From Podarcis melisellensis (taxonomy: Eukaryota): a stretch of DNA of 64,000 bases. A program made the translations under genes and the position numbers. Location: assembly GCA_964234715.1 (NCBI GenBank), contig OZ174279.1; one strand, 5' to 3'. The notes below the pieces were generated by a model. That model worked only from the letters and a program-made list of their open reading frames with translations, was not told the origin of the DNA and searched no databases. This document shows, one piece after another, positions 1-14,164 of the stretch; the first letter of the stretch is position 1, and every line of letters begins with the position of its first letter.

Positions 1-1223
1 AGTGCACAACTGTACACACACAAGCAAAGTCTCCAGTGAGCTGGAGCCACAGGAACAATCCTCAAAATACAAGAATCTCATTTGTTTAACAAAACAAATC
101 ACAAAGACTCCTATGATACTTTGGTCTGAAAGTTTGAATTAAAAGAAAGAAACTGAGTAGTATTTCAGATCAAACTGCACATTTAGAGCATACAAAGCAC
201 TTCACTGTTGTCTAGGTAATAAAGCCACAAAAAGAAAGAATAGGCATGTGTTTAATTTGCTGGCTCCATGCCTTCGAACACTACAGCCAAATCAAAATCT
301 CGAAAGATTTACAACCCTGGCAGCTTTAATAATAGCCTGGCCAAAAGTTGCCCAAACTTATTCAACTCTGTTCAAGGTGCCCTTTAGAAAATTTGCAAAT
401 GGCCAACAGCAACCTCCCAACAAGACCTCAAACAGCGACAGGCCAGGGTTTTTTTTTTTATAGTCTCATGGATGAAACAACATAATTAAATTAAAGATGT
501 GGTCAGAAGGTCCAAGGCTGCCTAGGGAGAAACGAAAAGCTGGTTTGCCTGTAGCACTTCACACAAATAATACTGAACTGGCACATCAAATTCGGCACTG
601 GTTCAACAAAGGCAAGTGAAGCCCAGAACGTTCATGTGAAACAGTTCTGAATTATTGCCAACTCCAAACTACTGCACAATTCACAGCACAAAAGTTCTGA
701 ATCACAGCCAATTTGTACCCCAGAAGCACGTAAGTCAGAGGTGGGAAACCTGTGGCCTCCAGATATTGTTGGTCCGGGATTCCCATCCATCTCGGCCAAC
801 GTGGCCAATTGTCAGGGATGATGGGCGTTGGAAACCAACAAGAAGTAGGTGATTTATGCACGCAGGCTGATAAGGAATAATTCTTCAAAGGATCTAGTCA
901 GAATAGTTTCTGGCAAGGTTCCCAGTTTTGTGAAACTCCCTCCTGGCTGAGATCACAAGCCCCCTCCCCTGGTGCACGTTAGGCTCTTGGTGAAGGACTT
1001 TAAAAAAGAAACATATTCAGGAGGCATTTTAAATAAGCTTTTCTGATTTGATGGGTAATGTTAACTGATTTTTATCATCTCTACCTCTTTTGTAACCTCA
1101 CTGTGTACTTAGAAACTATGGTGTTAAATGGTATAGACGTTGTTGAACTAAAGAAAGAAATAAAGGTTTTCTTAGTGGGACAGATCTAATGGTAGCGGTT
1201 GCTTAGCCATGATTTTGAAATTA

Positions 1224-1382
1224 CAGTGGTACATCTGGTTACGGACGGCATCCATTCCGGAGGCCTGGCGGTATCCCGAAAAGTCCGTAACCGGAGGCAC
1301 CCTTCTGCGCACGCACATGAGGCGAAGATTCGCAACCCGAAGATTATGTATCCAGAGGGATACGTAACGCGAGGTACCACTG
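1224..1382. mobile_element. Tc1/mariner-type MITE
   Basis: TIR CAGTGGTAC...GTACCACTG flanked by TA. Confidence 0.85.
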
Positions 1383-1459
1383 TACAACCTCCTCTCATTC
1401 TCCACTCACCTTACTGCCTTTTACCATCATTTGTTATTGTACGGACACCGACATAAATG

Positions 1460-1545
1460 CTGCAATCCTAGACTGACTTACCTGGGAGTAACCCCACTGA
1501 ACTCAAAGGAACTCATTTCTTAAGTAGGCATGTGTAGGATTGTCC
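1460..1545. repeat. Short palindromic interspersed repeat (similar copies near 13000-13080, 16300-16380, 47335-47410)
   Basis: caatccta...cttacctgggagtaa...actgaactca...taggattg pattern recurring in the window. Confidence 0.6.
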
Positions 1546-2193
1546 TTAGCACAGTAGCCACTAAATGTCTTGGTAAAAAAGGATGGGTTAAGCAGCCCAA
1601 GAAGAAACATCAGTGCATGTATTACAACAAGGAACAGGGCAGGGCCACTTCAAGATTGGTGGTAGAAGGAAGAGGCTATGTATGGGAGGGGAGCACAAAA
1701 TCCTGTGGCCTATTCCTAGTTCTTTAGCCATAGTTTAAAAAAACCAAAGACTGCTGAACTCCAGCACCAGCCTACGGAAATTACACCGCCCAAGGGCCAC
1801 CTTTGATTCTCAGTGAAATTCTGTTTCTTTTGGAAACGGAAGTTTACCTCAGTTCAAAGTGGACCAAATAAAATTTACCTAAAACATACAGTAAACATGT
1901 TTCCTGCAATATTGGGAAGTTATTACATCACAGAGTTTGGTTGGTTTAGACTCACAGCAGAGGACATTTCCTGTAACTGCAAGATCCAGTGATAGCTTAT
2001 GTATAAAATCAATGTTTTTAAGAACTTAAAAAACACAGCTGTTTGGAAGTTTTTCACACACCATCCTGTCATGGCTGGAAAGTCTCTTTGTAATCACAGA
2101 CATGCTCTGGGAAGGTCTTTGCTGATAAACAATTCACAAGTGAGAGTATAGCTTACTCACTGGGGCAGGATACTCTACCTTGCCCCAGAAGCA

Positions 2194-2196
<3 letters not shown>

Positions 2197-2248
<52 letters not shown>
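2197..2248. repeat. (GA)26 microsatellite
   Basis: Read directly. Confidence 0.98.
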
Positions 2249-2251
<3 letters not shown>

Positions 2252-4184
2252 AAAAGAGTATTGGGTTGCTATTTCTTCCCAAGGAAAAAATTGAACCTAC
2301 TATTACTATTTTCCATATACACAGTTACTTTCTTATAAATAAGGTAAAGTGTTAGGATAGTGACATCAGCATATTTTTACATGTGTAAGTGAGCAAAATA
2401 TATATTTGGACAGACTGGCACGGCCATTATCACATTACAAAATACACATCCTCATACACAGAGGCCCATAAATGCGTCAGTGTGACATGGAAATCTGCCC
2501 TGCCAGCTGTCAGGCCACTGCAGAGGGATGAGAGACATGGACCAGAAGAGCAGAAGAGATAGATAATTTATTTGATTTTGGTCTCCCTTTTAAGTTTCTG
2601 TGGCATCCATTTCTTCCTTCATCAGAAGATTCTAGTGACTTTATGTGTTCTAGGGCACTTTAATGTGCTTCTGATTATTTCATGTTATTAGATAACCTTG
2701 TTCAGTAGCAACACATTCAATTAATTGTTCATTCTCTCTTCTTGCTTCAGTTACTCTGTGATGTAAGGCTTCAAGCCTGGAAGAAGACTCAAAGGAAGGA
2801 GGGTCCTACACAGCTTCTCAAAGGCTGTTGGAGAACACCTCAGGTTTCCAAGCTCTGACAAAAAAATAATGTTGTTGTCCAAGGCCAAAGTTCTGATTAT
2901 GCTCCTGATCTGCATATTAGTCACCATATTTGTATTTTCTTTGGTAACTACATGCACAAATACTACGGATTTCAATGACGTCTGCATGCAAGTGGCTGTG
3001 CTACATCATATGCCTAGTCAATAAGTTCTAAAAATTGCTGTACTAAGAAGCAACTGGTGTGTTTAACCCTACATCACTGCAGGCCTGTTTCAAACCCTCG
3101 CTAAAAGTAATTCAAATGAGGTAACAAATAAGCTACTACGAATAACTGCAGTCTTCCTCTAATATTAAAGTACCAGTGGCTATCTTCAATAGTGGCTTTG
3201 CCAGTAGTGGAACCTGCTACCATTTGGGCAAAGCAGGAGCATCCGATTTTTGCCGCAACCCCTATCTACTGGAACCCTCTGCACAATATCCCATAGTATT
3301 CCAGAGGGCCTCCCAACCTCACGGAGCTGCTTTTCAGGGGGCATGAGGAACTGCAGTGGGTAGAGGGGTTTTGTACCTGATGTACCCTGCCTTGTCCAAG
3401 CAGCAAAGTGATCCTTGGATATAAGCTGGGGACAGAGGTAAACTGCAATGAGATAAATTTAGTTTAACCTGAATGAAACACAGTTAAAAGAAGACCAAGG
3501 AAAGAAGATAGTTCCTGCCAGGTTGGTTTTTTCCTGCCCAACAATGTTCTAGGTTTAAATGTACTACAAACACGGTTAGTAGAATCCAATTGTGGTAGTG
3601 AGAATAAGGAAACACCTCACAGGAAAGAGGTTTAACATTCTGTCCCCCCATCCTCACTGCAAAGTACCCCTCTGTAGAGTGTATTGCAATGGAAAGGGGC
3701 TTTTGGACTAACATACAGTAACCAATAGTTTGGTCCTCAAAGGCATTAGAATTTACTCTTATCCATTAAACAGAAGACCCGCATACCAAACCCCAAACTG
3801 TTTTTGAAGCTACTCAGTTTCAAACACACCACGTCTGAATCCATCAACTGAAGGAGAGTATTAAAAAAAACAACCAGAAATCTAAAGCCCCACAGAACAC
3901 TTGACACACAGTTATGTGAATTTTGGCAACGTGATTGCCTTACCTAACGCACGCTTTGGAAACCATATGGTCACTTTATGGACTGATGAGTTTAATATAT
4001 GAATTAATCTCTCTGCCTATTGAAAAGTGAAAATGCTCTTGCAAGCAATGTTGTTTGCCCAAGCTGACCATTTAGCCACAAAGGCATCACTATAGTTACA
4101 CAGCACAAAGCTGTAACTCCACAATACGTAATGAATAACATTCGTGTTTAAAGATCTATGTGCGGATGTCCGCCTGGTACTCAC

Positions 4185-4843
4185 TTCTTTATTGTGTGTT
4201 CTTGCTGCAGATATTTATCTTGCATGCATTTTTCAAGTACAGCCAACGTAGCTTCACTCTTGCACACCCCATTTGGAAGTTTATGGTCTTTCAACAAACC
4301 CGTCGATAGTAGTTCAGACTCTATTTCTTCTAACAAAGCTTCCTGAGAAGAAGCGTTCTGAATAGTTGAGATAAGATTCTTAGTACAATCTGTGTCATAA
4401 GGGCTTTCTGAGCAGACCCCATGAGGCCCTTTCATATCGTCATGCAATAGGTGTACCAGGGATCGATCTGTGTCATCAGTTTTAGAAACTTGTCCTTTAC
4501 AGTCTCCCATAGGTAAACACTCCTCTTTTGTCTGCATTTCGAATGGTTTAGCACAACAATCTCCACCTCCATCTCCATTAGCGTCTGGTGTAAGCTGTGC
4601 ATCAACAACATCCCCATTTCCACTTGCATCAAGAGCTGTTGAACTGGGATCCAGTGTCAATTGTTTATTTTCTGTGCTCAAAGTGCTTTTTTCACCTCCA
4701 GTGTCTGCAGTCTGTAGACTATCCTGAATTCCCAGTGTTTTCTCTGCTTCTTCAACAGCTGATGAGCTGGAAGATACGTCATCAGTCTTTGAAAGGTTGA
4801 CCGGATACAGAGGACTTTGCTCTTCTTGTAATTGCTCATCCAT
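4185..4843 (-). CDS. CCDC186: Coiled-coil domain-containing protein 186, first coding exon (gene continues beyond the left edge of the window)
   Basis: 220-aa ORF ending ...QEALLEEIESELLS...LEKCMQDKYLQQEHTIK, matching the recalled CCDC186 N-terminus. Acceptor ttttcttcctag (exon starts 4858), phase-2 donor AA|GTGAGT. Syntenic with TDRD1 and VWA2. Confidence 0.92.
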
Positions 4844-5042
4844 CTTTTCACCAAGAATCTAGGAAGAAAACGTAAGAGTAAAATAGTTTTGAGTCATAAA
4901 ACATTTTCCCCCCTGTAATAACCTTGATCGCTTTCAACAACTACCAAAGATAAACGTATCAGCATAGATTGAGTCATAAAACCTAAAAAAAAGGGCAAGT
5001 TAGATACTTCGGATTTAACTCTTTAACCAAATATTTCTAATG

Positions 5043-5626
5043 CAGTGGTTTTCAACCAGTGTGCTGTGGCACCCTGGGGTGCCTTGAATGATGGTCAGGG
5101 GTGCTGTGGGCAACACTGGCCTCTGTCCCTCTTTCCTTCCCTCCCTCCTCGGATGCCCTCTCACATCTCTGCCTCCCAAAGTCTTGCACAGCTGTAGACT
5201 TGTAGGTGAATGGTACCTCTGGGGCTAGTCAGGGGGTGCTGGTTGCCAGGAGCTGAGACAGCCTCAGAGTAAGCAAGCAAGCAAGGGAGGGAGGCCAGCC
5301 AGTCCGTCTGCCAGCCCTTGCTGTTGGGAATGGACAGACAAGTCCCAGATTTCTGTGGGGCAGTGTGAGGAGGCACTTCTCTTTGAGGGTGAGGGGGGCA
5401 GCTCAGAGACCAGGGGCAGCAGCAGTGGCTGCCCAGAGGACTCCCAAGGATAGGAGAGGAGGCTGAGGGAACACTCCACAAAAGAGCGTGTACGAAAAAG
5501 GGTGAGAGACTGCCAGCTCTGCAGGCAAGGGGTGACATAACTGGGCTCCTGAGCCCCACAGGGGTGCTGCAGAAAGAATGTAGTTGGTCAGGGGCGCTGT
5601 GGGCTCAAAAAGGTTGAAGACCTATG
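5043..5626. mobile_element. Non-autonomous hAT DNA transposon
   Basis: TIR CAGTGGTTTTCAACC / GGTTGAAGACCTATG; perfect 8-bp TSD TTCTAATG (5035-5042, 5627-5634). Confidence 0.88.
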
Positions 5627-6869
5627 TTCTAATGAACTATTTCTGTACAAACACACAAGGCAGTAACACTTTGCACTACCACTCCCAGAGGTAAGGTTTA
5701 TGCTGCATGCCACACCCAATCCCCACTCATCAGAGCTGTTTCACAGTCCTATGTCCATGCCGGGAAATGTAAAGTATAAAATTATTTTGCTTCCAGTACT
5801 TGGAAAGTCAGTGGGTAGCTGGGTTCAAGTGGCATACTGAAAGCCAAATGATCAAGCTGCAGCATTCAACTGATTAATCAACAAAAAGCTTAACTGCACA
5901 CTGAAAACTTGGCCTGCCCTTTGCCATGACTAGTCAGTGGGGTTTACTACAAGCAAAATGTCTTGATTTGGGACTCCTGAAAGATCTGCTACTGGGCAGG
6001 TCATATAGCTGCGCCATCTCCACCCGCCCTCCTGTTACCAGATATGATGAAAAAAATGTAAAAAGCTTTTCCTGCTTTCTACCCTCTGAAGGGATAAGGT
6101 CCATGGCTTTTCTTCAGACAGTATGACTTCTAGGAGATAGAAGCAGATTGTACTCATTGCAATTAATTGATCTTTCACAGAACTGATGGACATTGTACTT
6201 GTTTACATTTAAAGGCTCTTCTGGAGTGTTACTAGATAACAGGGGTTACTGCATATATATTGAAAGCATTGCCTTACATGTGATATGGGACTCTCTCCCA
6301 GAAAACCTATGGGATATTACCTTTTTCTTCTTCCTTCAAATGCCAGCTTAAAACAACTTTCCTAATAAAACCTGTTATTACTCTGCCTATCTGAAACACA
6401 TATATGATAGCTGTTGTTATTAAATATTTATCTCACAGTAACTGATTAAAATATAAACGCATCTGACACACTGATTATTTAGATCCTTTCCAATCTGGGC
6501 GCAGACCACAGTATGGGACTGAAATCAGCTTTGGTTACCCTTATGAATGACCTTCATTGAGAAAAAGACAGGAGGAGTATATCCAATGGTATCCAACCAT
6601 ATACCAAAACCTAGTCCTTGATCTTGGTAACTGTCATGTAAAACTGGAATGACAGTATCTTTAGAGGCATCCCAATCAATGCAGTTTGGAACTGTCCTGC
6701 GAAATTCGGCAAAGTTACATTTTGATACGCCATCTTGATTCAAAATGGCACTTGGCATTCAAATGTGGACTTAAAACTGCCTGTTCCAGCTCAGGAACCC
6801 TGGTGCCAAATTGGGATAGATATATATCTATAAAGCATTAGTAGAATTATTTGGACTCTCCTTCATTTT

Positions 6870-6966
6870 CACCAGATGTTGGATGGCCATTTGTCTTGAA
6901 TGCTTTAGTCAATATTCGTGCATTGCAGGGGTTGGACTTGGGGTCACTGCAATTCTTTGATTCTAT
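6870..6966 (+). mobile_element. CR1-type LINE 3' end fragment
   Basis: ggatggccat...gcaggggttggact...gattctat terminal pattern. Confidence 0.5.
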
Positions 6967-7079
6967 TAATTAAAATATATACATATAAAATATAAGTGGC
7001 CCTAATAAAGAACATTCCAAAGGGCTGATTTTGACAAGCTGATGATTACACAGGTTCATCCTATCAGTACTTAAAAACA

Positions 7080-8950
7080 GTTGTAAAAACAGGAAGAATA
7101 AATTTACAAGATAATAAAATAATAATCATAGAAAGCTTAAAAAGAATGACATAAAATATATTCCATGGTGCAAAGCAAGGTTCATATTTCTACCAACCAT
7201 ATACCAAATGTTCATGAATGTTGCCAAAGAAACTTACTTAGTGGGACTGTGCCAATCGTGAGATTGTTTGGTCATATAAATCACAAACGACTCCCAAGCA
7301 GAAGCAAAGTATTTTTTTGAGTCAGTTTTTCAGAAATGGCAATGAATATGACTTTTTTATACCACAGAATAACAAGATGCATCCTTCCACCCTTGAGAGA
7401 TCACTAGATGAGGAACAACCAACAGATATAGAATTTACTGTTGAGAAGTAAGTTCGGCATTGTCAGCATCAAAAAAGATTAAAGACATAGCTTAGCATCC
7501 AAGGTGACCTGTTTGCCAACAATACTACCTATCTCCATTGGAATCTGCTTATGGAATTTGTGTACATAATTACAGTTCTAACACATATGCAAATATGTTC
7601 CTCGTACCTTACAACCCCGCCAGCATAAGGGGGAACCAGATCTTACAGTATGAGCTAGCCAGACCAGAGTTAAAAACCAGCACTGAACCTCTCCCTAATG
7701 TTAGCAGACATGGACCTAAAGGGATACGTGGACCAGATCTTAAGCCACTGAGAATCTTTCAGTTTGCCTATAGGGTTCATCTCCCACACTGATTTCAAAG
7801 CAGTAAGTGGAAAGACCCTGCCTTTTTGGGTGCTTGCCACAGCCAGATGTTCCTACGGTTCCAGGGCTCTAGTGGCTACACCATGTAACATGGGATCTTT
7901 CAAGATGATGCCAATCTGATTGATACATAGCTGATCTACTCCTGAATCTTTCAAGTATTCCAAGAGTTGTGATTCTGTAACTGGCATGTTGTTCTCATAA
8001 CAGTCTTGCAGGCAATGCAGTCCCGCTTTGGAAAGAATAGTAGATACTGTTAATTTATCTTGAGCCTGAAATTGTGGTATATAAGGAAAGGGGACTAAGG
8101 ATGAGGGGTATGGAGGCTAGTTTCTTACACCTTCTGTTCCACATATCTATAGTGTAATAAAGACTTCCATATTGACCTCTTTGGGAGCAAAAAGGGGGTC
8201 ACAATTAGAGGGAGAGAAGGAGAATCTTGTGCATTCAGTGCAACCCAAGATGTTGGTAGATCTGCTAAAATCATCAGAACGATTTGCCATAGCTGAAAGG
8301 CATCAAAATATGTTGGTAAATAAAGGACTTCCCAGCCTCCCTGGCTGGATTTAATTTTGCAGCAAAAAATAAGAAGTTGCCAAGAGGTAAGGGTATTATG
8401 TGAAATCGACAGGACTTGAAATAGAAACAAAATTCTGGTCTACCATTTTTACAGTAGCCACCCTCAAAATCAAAGCCTGCCAAGCCTTCAAGTCCTCTAC
8501 AATATGTTTGGGGGTGGAAGTAGGGTACTTTAAATGAAGCAATTTGTTCAGATTCCTAGGAATTAGAACCCCAAAACATTGCAAGGAGGTAGAACAAGTT
8601 TGGTGGATCATCTAATTTCTGGTTGAGTCTGCAAGTTCACATTCCAAAACAAGGTCTCTGATTTGTCATAGTTTATAAAGAAACCAAACACCACACAACA
8701 ATAATTTATAGTTTTAATTACCTCTGGAAGAGCAGCTTTTGGGCCTTGATGATGGCAGTGTCACCAGCAAATAAGCTAATAAGGTGTTTCCAGGTACCCA
8801 CTGTGAACCCCTGGATTAATGGATTGTTACGATGATATCTTGAGAGGTCTCCAAACCCACAGAGGCCAGAAAAATAGACAAAGCACTTTCCAAGACATAT
8901 AGTAAGAAGCTTCCTTCTGTGCATCTGCATATTATTTTTATTTGTTGCTA
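7080..8950 (-). mobile_element. Degenerate LINE-1-clade ORF2 3' half (RT to C-terminus) plus 3'UTR
   Basis: Fragmented peptides NNPLIQGFTVGTWKHLISLFAGD (FADD-like), GVLIPRNLNKLL, RVATVKM, FLFQVLSI, IVGKQVTLDAKLCL, AISEKLT, FASAWESFVIY; many stops and frameshifts. Confidence 0.8.
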
Positions 8951-11900
8951 GAAGAATAGTGCAGAGTACTCTCATTTTCTCATTAAATATATATAATTAA
9001 GACTTTCCTACAATCCAAATATAAAATCCCTTTTAACACAGAACATTAAGCAACTGAGCACAAAACAAATAGCTCATTTCCTCTCTTTCTTAGATGTCTT
9101 AAAGTCAAAAAAGCAAAGTAAACAGGATGTTCTATAGCCAGCACTTTATTTTATACAGTAGTGGGTATCTTCTAATTCTTGGCGAACAACAAATATTGCT
9201 TTGCCGTCACAGAAAGTGATAAAGACGTGTACAAATAAAATGTTGTTTTTATTCCAGTTAGAAGCCCCAATAGTATTTAAAGTGTTACCACACAATACTA
9301 AAAGAAATAACATTACGCTGTTTAAGTGTAATCTTTGTGTGGACTATTCCTGCTCTCAACAGATAAGTGGGAGCTGCGCCTTGTTATAAAGGAACAAAGA
9401 TTCTATAGCTTATTGTGAAAGTAAAGTTCAAGTGACTGTGCTATAAGGCCTGCTTTAGAAATTTGTTTAAGCTGTCCCTTTAAATGCAATGTTTCCTTTC
9501 AAATCAGTTAGTAAAATCAGAAGTCTTTGTAGATATTTTAAAATATTGTTAACTACACTTCAAAAGGACAAGAAACTAAACATAATAAATGAAATCAGTG
9601 TTATTTCCTTGCTTATTACGGTAGCATGTTAATAGCACTGATCACTCTCTAAACATCTGGTAAAAGATGCATGGGGAAACAGGAACAAGATCTAAAGAAG
9701 AAAAAATTAACATATTTTATAGAGTGGTACTGACAAAAGAAAATTTACTGCTAACAAAGGGGGGTGAAGCTGAGGCAGTACCACACCATTTTACTCAATG
9801 TTGCTTACTTTCATCAGTATCTGTTGGTCCCAATTTTTTAAAACATGCATCAAAGCAAGACAAACAAGCCAGATCACCAATGCAACTTGATAAAGATGTG
9901 GCAGCATAAAGGGAAAGCACATACACAAAAAAAATTGGAATGAAAGATGCCAATATCCTCCAAAGATGACAGTCAGCCATCAGTCTCAGGAACAGCCCAC
10001 GACCCCAAACATAAATATATATACTGTAATTCACAACAAACACAATGAACCCTGATGTACAGAATAATAAATAGGGGTGGACATTTTCAATGTCCTTCAG
10101 AATTTTTTTGGGCAGAAAAGCAAACACTATAAAGAATTGCCCTTCACACAAAAACAGCAGAAATATTAAAGTTCACAGGGCAATCAGCAACTGACTTCTT
10201 TTCCTGGCTGAACCTTTCCAGTCTTTTTTTAGAAACCTTAATAATTGTGCATTCTTAATGCTTGTTTGGGATTTCAATGTCTTTCCTAAAGACTTATCAA
10301 TTTGCCATAGAGATGTTAACCTTTTCCCAGTACTCTAGCCACACTCAATTCAGATGTCACATGTACCAAGCTGCCATGCCTTCCCCCTTCCTCCTTATAT
10401 ACTGAAATTATCTCCAGCCCTATCTGGCAAACTAGCCATAGCATGGCTCTAAACTGGAATCGGAGTCATGGTTTGAAGTGGACTTGAAGCTAAACTATGT
10501 CTAGTGGTAACCAATTCAGGTATCACAAAAAAAAACACCTATGGTTACCACAAACTAGGAAGTGAAGAAGGAGGATGGGCAGGCAAGAAAGATGCTCCTA
10601 ATATTCAAAGCCTGGTCTAAACTGAGCAAATATATTGATAGGAAAATACGTTATTCCCCACTGCTTGTTGAATGCCTGTGTCATCAGTAAATAATCCCAG
10701 ACAGACCACACTTGACTGTATTTGCTGTCCTTTTGCTATTGTAGAACATGACCTTGCCCAAATAAGTTCTCCAAGTTCATTCTTCCACCCGCATGCAACA
10801 CAGCCCACACTGACAGCAGACAAAATACAATACTGAAAATTACCCAAGTTTTAAATTAATAGACAGCCTTTTCTTTACATGCTTTCTTTTGTTTCATTAA
10901 AAAAGAGGACTAAGGTTGCAAATACTCCATTTTGGTTTTAAGATGAAATGCCTGAAACTGTTTATCTAGTGACTAATGCTAAACATCAACAGCAGCTATA
11001 CACCTTCAGCTCAGCTGTAGATTTCTTTGCTTCCAATATCTCACTATGTTTTCAATATTTAATATTGCTTTCCTAATTTTATGTCCTCCATGAGTCATTC
11101 CATAATAATTTTCATAGAATGACCTGACCTGCATTCTGTTCTGGATTTGCTTATAGATGATTTCCAAGGTAAAGTTCACTACACTATACTGCTTAACTAC
11201 ATGGGCTGTATTTTTACCAACCAACATTAGGTAATAGTTAACGAAATGGATTAACACCAGGAACAAGTCAACTGAGCATTAAATAAAATAGCTGGGGAGG
11301 AAAATCTTCGGTAAACTAAAGTTATGCGACCACACAGATCTGTGAAGATTTAAGGGTTTGCAATCAAAAATACAGCATGGAAGATAATATACAAAGCTGA
11401 AAGTCACATTCTTGTTACAAACCAAAAATGCCTTTTAAAAAAGGTCAGTAGTGGTGTTAGAACACTGCTTATTCTCCATGAAATTTCTCTACCTTCCCTC
11501 TTTCTCTGTCAATCTCTTTCTCTACTGACTTACACAGGGGAAGGCGTGAGATAAATGAGAACAGCAAACATAGTTTTTAGTACTTTAGCATCCATCTCCT
11601 AATTGGAGATGGATTGGAGTGCCTTGGAAACCTAATTCACTGCAGTTAGAAAACCTAGACTAGAGGGTCAAAACAATACCCCACCATCTTCACTCAAGTA
11701 CAGAGCAGTCCCTTTGTCATTTAGGCTTTGCTTTAATATATATGCACAGCAGTGATTTTAAAAATGCAGTGTTTGGGTGGGGGCATCCAAATCCAGAGAG
11801 CACAGGAATATAGGGAATCCTGGACCAAGAACCAACTTGAGATCATTGTTATTGTACTATATGGTTAGTGGCTTTTCCATGGCCTTGGGATCAGGTGCTG

Positions 11901-11997
11901 GCTGTTGCTGGCTTTTAAACTTATTTTGGCTAGAAATACATATGATGTACCAAGAGAAGTTTTGACCAACGGTCTGCATCCAGGTCTGCTGTCAGTA

Positions 11998-12212
11998 CAG
12001 TGGTACCTCAGGTTACAAATGCTTCGGGTTACAAACTCCGCTAGCGCAGAAGTAGTTACCTCAGGTTGCGAACTTTGCCCCAGGATGAGAACGGAAATCA
12101 CGCAGCGGCAGAGGGAGGCCCCATTAGCACAAACGCACCTCAGGTTAAGAACGGTTTCAGTTTAAGAACAGACCTCCGGAACAAATTAAGTTCGTAACCC
12201 GAGGTACCACTG
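11998..12212. mobile_element. Tc1/mariner-type MITE
   Basis: TIR CAGTGGTACCTC(A/G)GGTTAC with TA TSD; related to copies at 13994 and 19255. Confidence 0.9.
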
Positions 12213-13993
12213 TATCCTTGTGGTGGTGTGCAGTATAATCACACCTTTTAGCAATGACCTTTGAGATAACACGTTCTTTCACCTACCCAAGTCTTGCCTA
12301 TCCATGTTCGTCTTTTTCCCATGAATGTACCCACCCCAAAACAGTGAGTTTGTATTTGCAGGAGAACCACTGTAAGCAATCATTTTGAAATTTAGCAAGC
12401 TTTCTCTTCCACAGAAGGAGCAACCATGTCTGTAAATTGCATTCAATTCTGGCAGTAGCCAATTTCTTTAAAACAAACAAACAAACCTTGGTACTCTGCA
12501 CAAAACTTACTATTTGACATGCTCAATCCACTCTGGAGGGGCTCCTATACCTGAAAAGTCCATCCATTTCTGACAAGAGGAAATAAGTTACAGTCATTTA
12601 TAGATTCCCCATTATAGTAAACTGGACAGCCAGAGTGGGGTGGAGGGGTAGGAAGAGCACAGCTTCATTTTTCACATGTCTAATTTGGTCCTGAGTAACT
12701 AGTCGAATTAGAAATACACAGAGCAGCTGCAAAATAGACTGGGCTGCTTCCCCAAGCTACAGATACAAGTCAGATTTTGTGGCTGGTGTACACCTCTGGC
12801 AGCTGGGGCATTGCCCATTCTGCACAACACAACTCTCTTATTACAGTATGTAGTTTAGGCTCCATGATCCACTACTTTTCAGGTTTGCAAGACTGGAAAG
12901 AGCTAGTCCCCCCCCCCTTCCCTTATTGTGGAGCTACAAAGGTTAAAGCTTGTTTCTCATCACCGCCCAAAAGCCGACATCAGAAAAGATAGCTAAGAGG
13001 GCAATCCTGCACACCCTTACGTGGAAGTAAGTGGCACTGAAGTCTGTGCAACTTCTGAATAGACATGTGTAAGATTGCACTACACAGCAAGTGTTCAACT
13101 CTCTGCTTACTAATAAAGGACAGCACCTCAGAACATAGACAGAGTGACTTTTCCTCACCACTCCATAGCCATAGCTACACAATTCTCCACACAATTGAGA
13201 ATTAAGTGTCAGGGCTTTCATGGCAGAAGACATCACTTTCTGGCAGGCTTCAGTTCTTACACCTCTCTTTTTGTATACACAGTCATATTATCAGCTACAT
13301 CAGGATATTGAAATAACTGGTATCCATTGCTAAATCACATGGTAACAAGTTAATCACCTTCAGTTATTCTACTGACTGTTTGTGGACACAGCATTTCTAC
13401 TGTTTGTGGACCCAGTAAGTATTTTGTCAACATGCATTCCCTTGCAACAAAACCGACAGTCATTCGGTTTGCCATGTTCATAAAGCTTTGCCACGTTCAT
13501 AAAGCACACTGTAGTATGGTCATTGCTACCAGGTAATCTGCTACTGCCTGATTGCACATATGGATACAAAAACTGCAATCCCATATGCATTTACTTGGGA
13601 GAAAGTACCATTAAAAAAACAAAACAATGACATATCAATAAATGACACGCAAGTTCCAGTGTTGTAGAAGTACCCAACTGTATGCTCCCAAAGGGGTTGG
13701 ACCTTTCTGAAAATTCTAAACAACCAAGTCACAAAGATTTGAAGGTGCTCACAAAGCATCCACTCCCTTCCCTGATTTCCTAAAGTTCAGGAACTCAGTT
13801 TGGGACAGGGGAAAGATGTAGGTGCAGGCAGTAGATACTTCTAGACCCTGGCGGAATGTCATTTCTGATCAGGGACTCCTGCAGGAAAATCACTCTCCAC
13901 ATTATTTCCACAAGGGAACGCCCTTTGGGGTGTTCTCATTAGAAGAAATGGTAATATAGCATTTATTTCCTGCCAAGGATTCTGGGGCTTGTA

Positions 13994-14164
13994 CAGTGAT
14001 ACCTCAGGTTACATACGCTTCAGGATGAGAACAGAAATTGTGCTCCGACGGCGCAGCGGCAGCAGGAGGCCCCATTAGCTGAAGCGGTGCTTCATGTTAA
14101 GAACAGTTTCAGGTTAAGAACGGACCTCTGGAACGAATTAAGTACTTAACCCGAGGTACCACTG
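13994..14164. mobile_element. Tc1/mariner-type MITE
   Basis: Same family as 11998; TIRs and TA TSD. Confidence 0.9.

Noticed and set aside
1-4184. Further CCDC186 coding exons
   Set aside because: Did not find the expected continuation (LIKENKKHQEL-like) on the minus strand; it presumably lies left of the window.
5161-5559. 132-aa ORF as a transposase
   Set aside because: Lies inside a non-autonomous hAT element; no transposase motifs.
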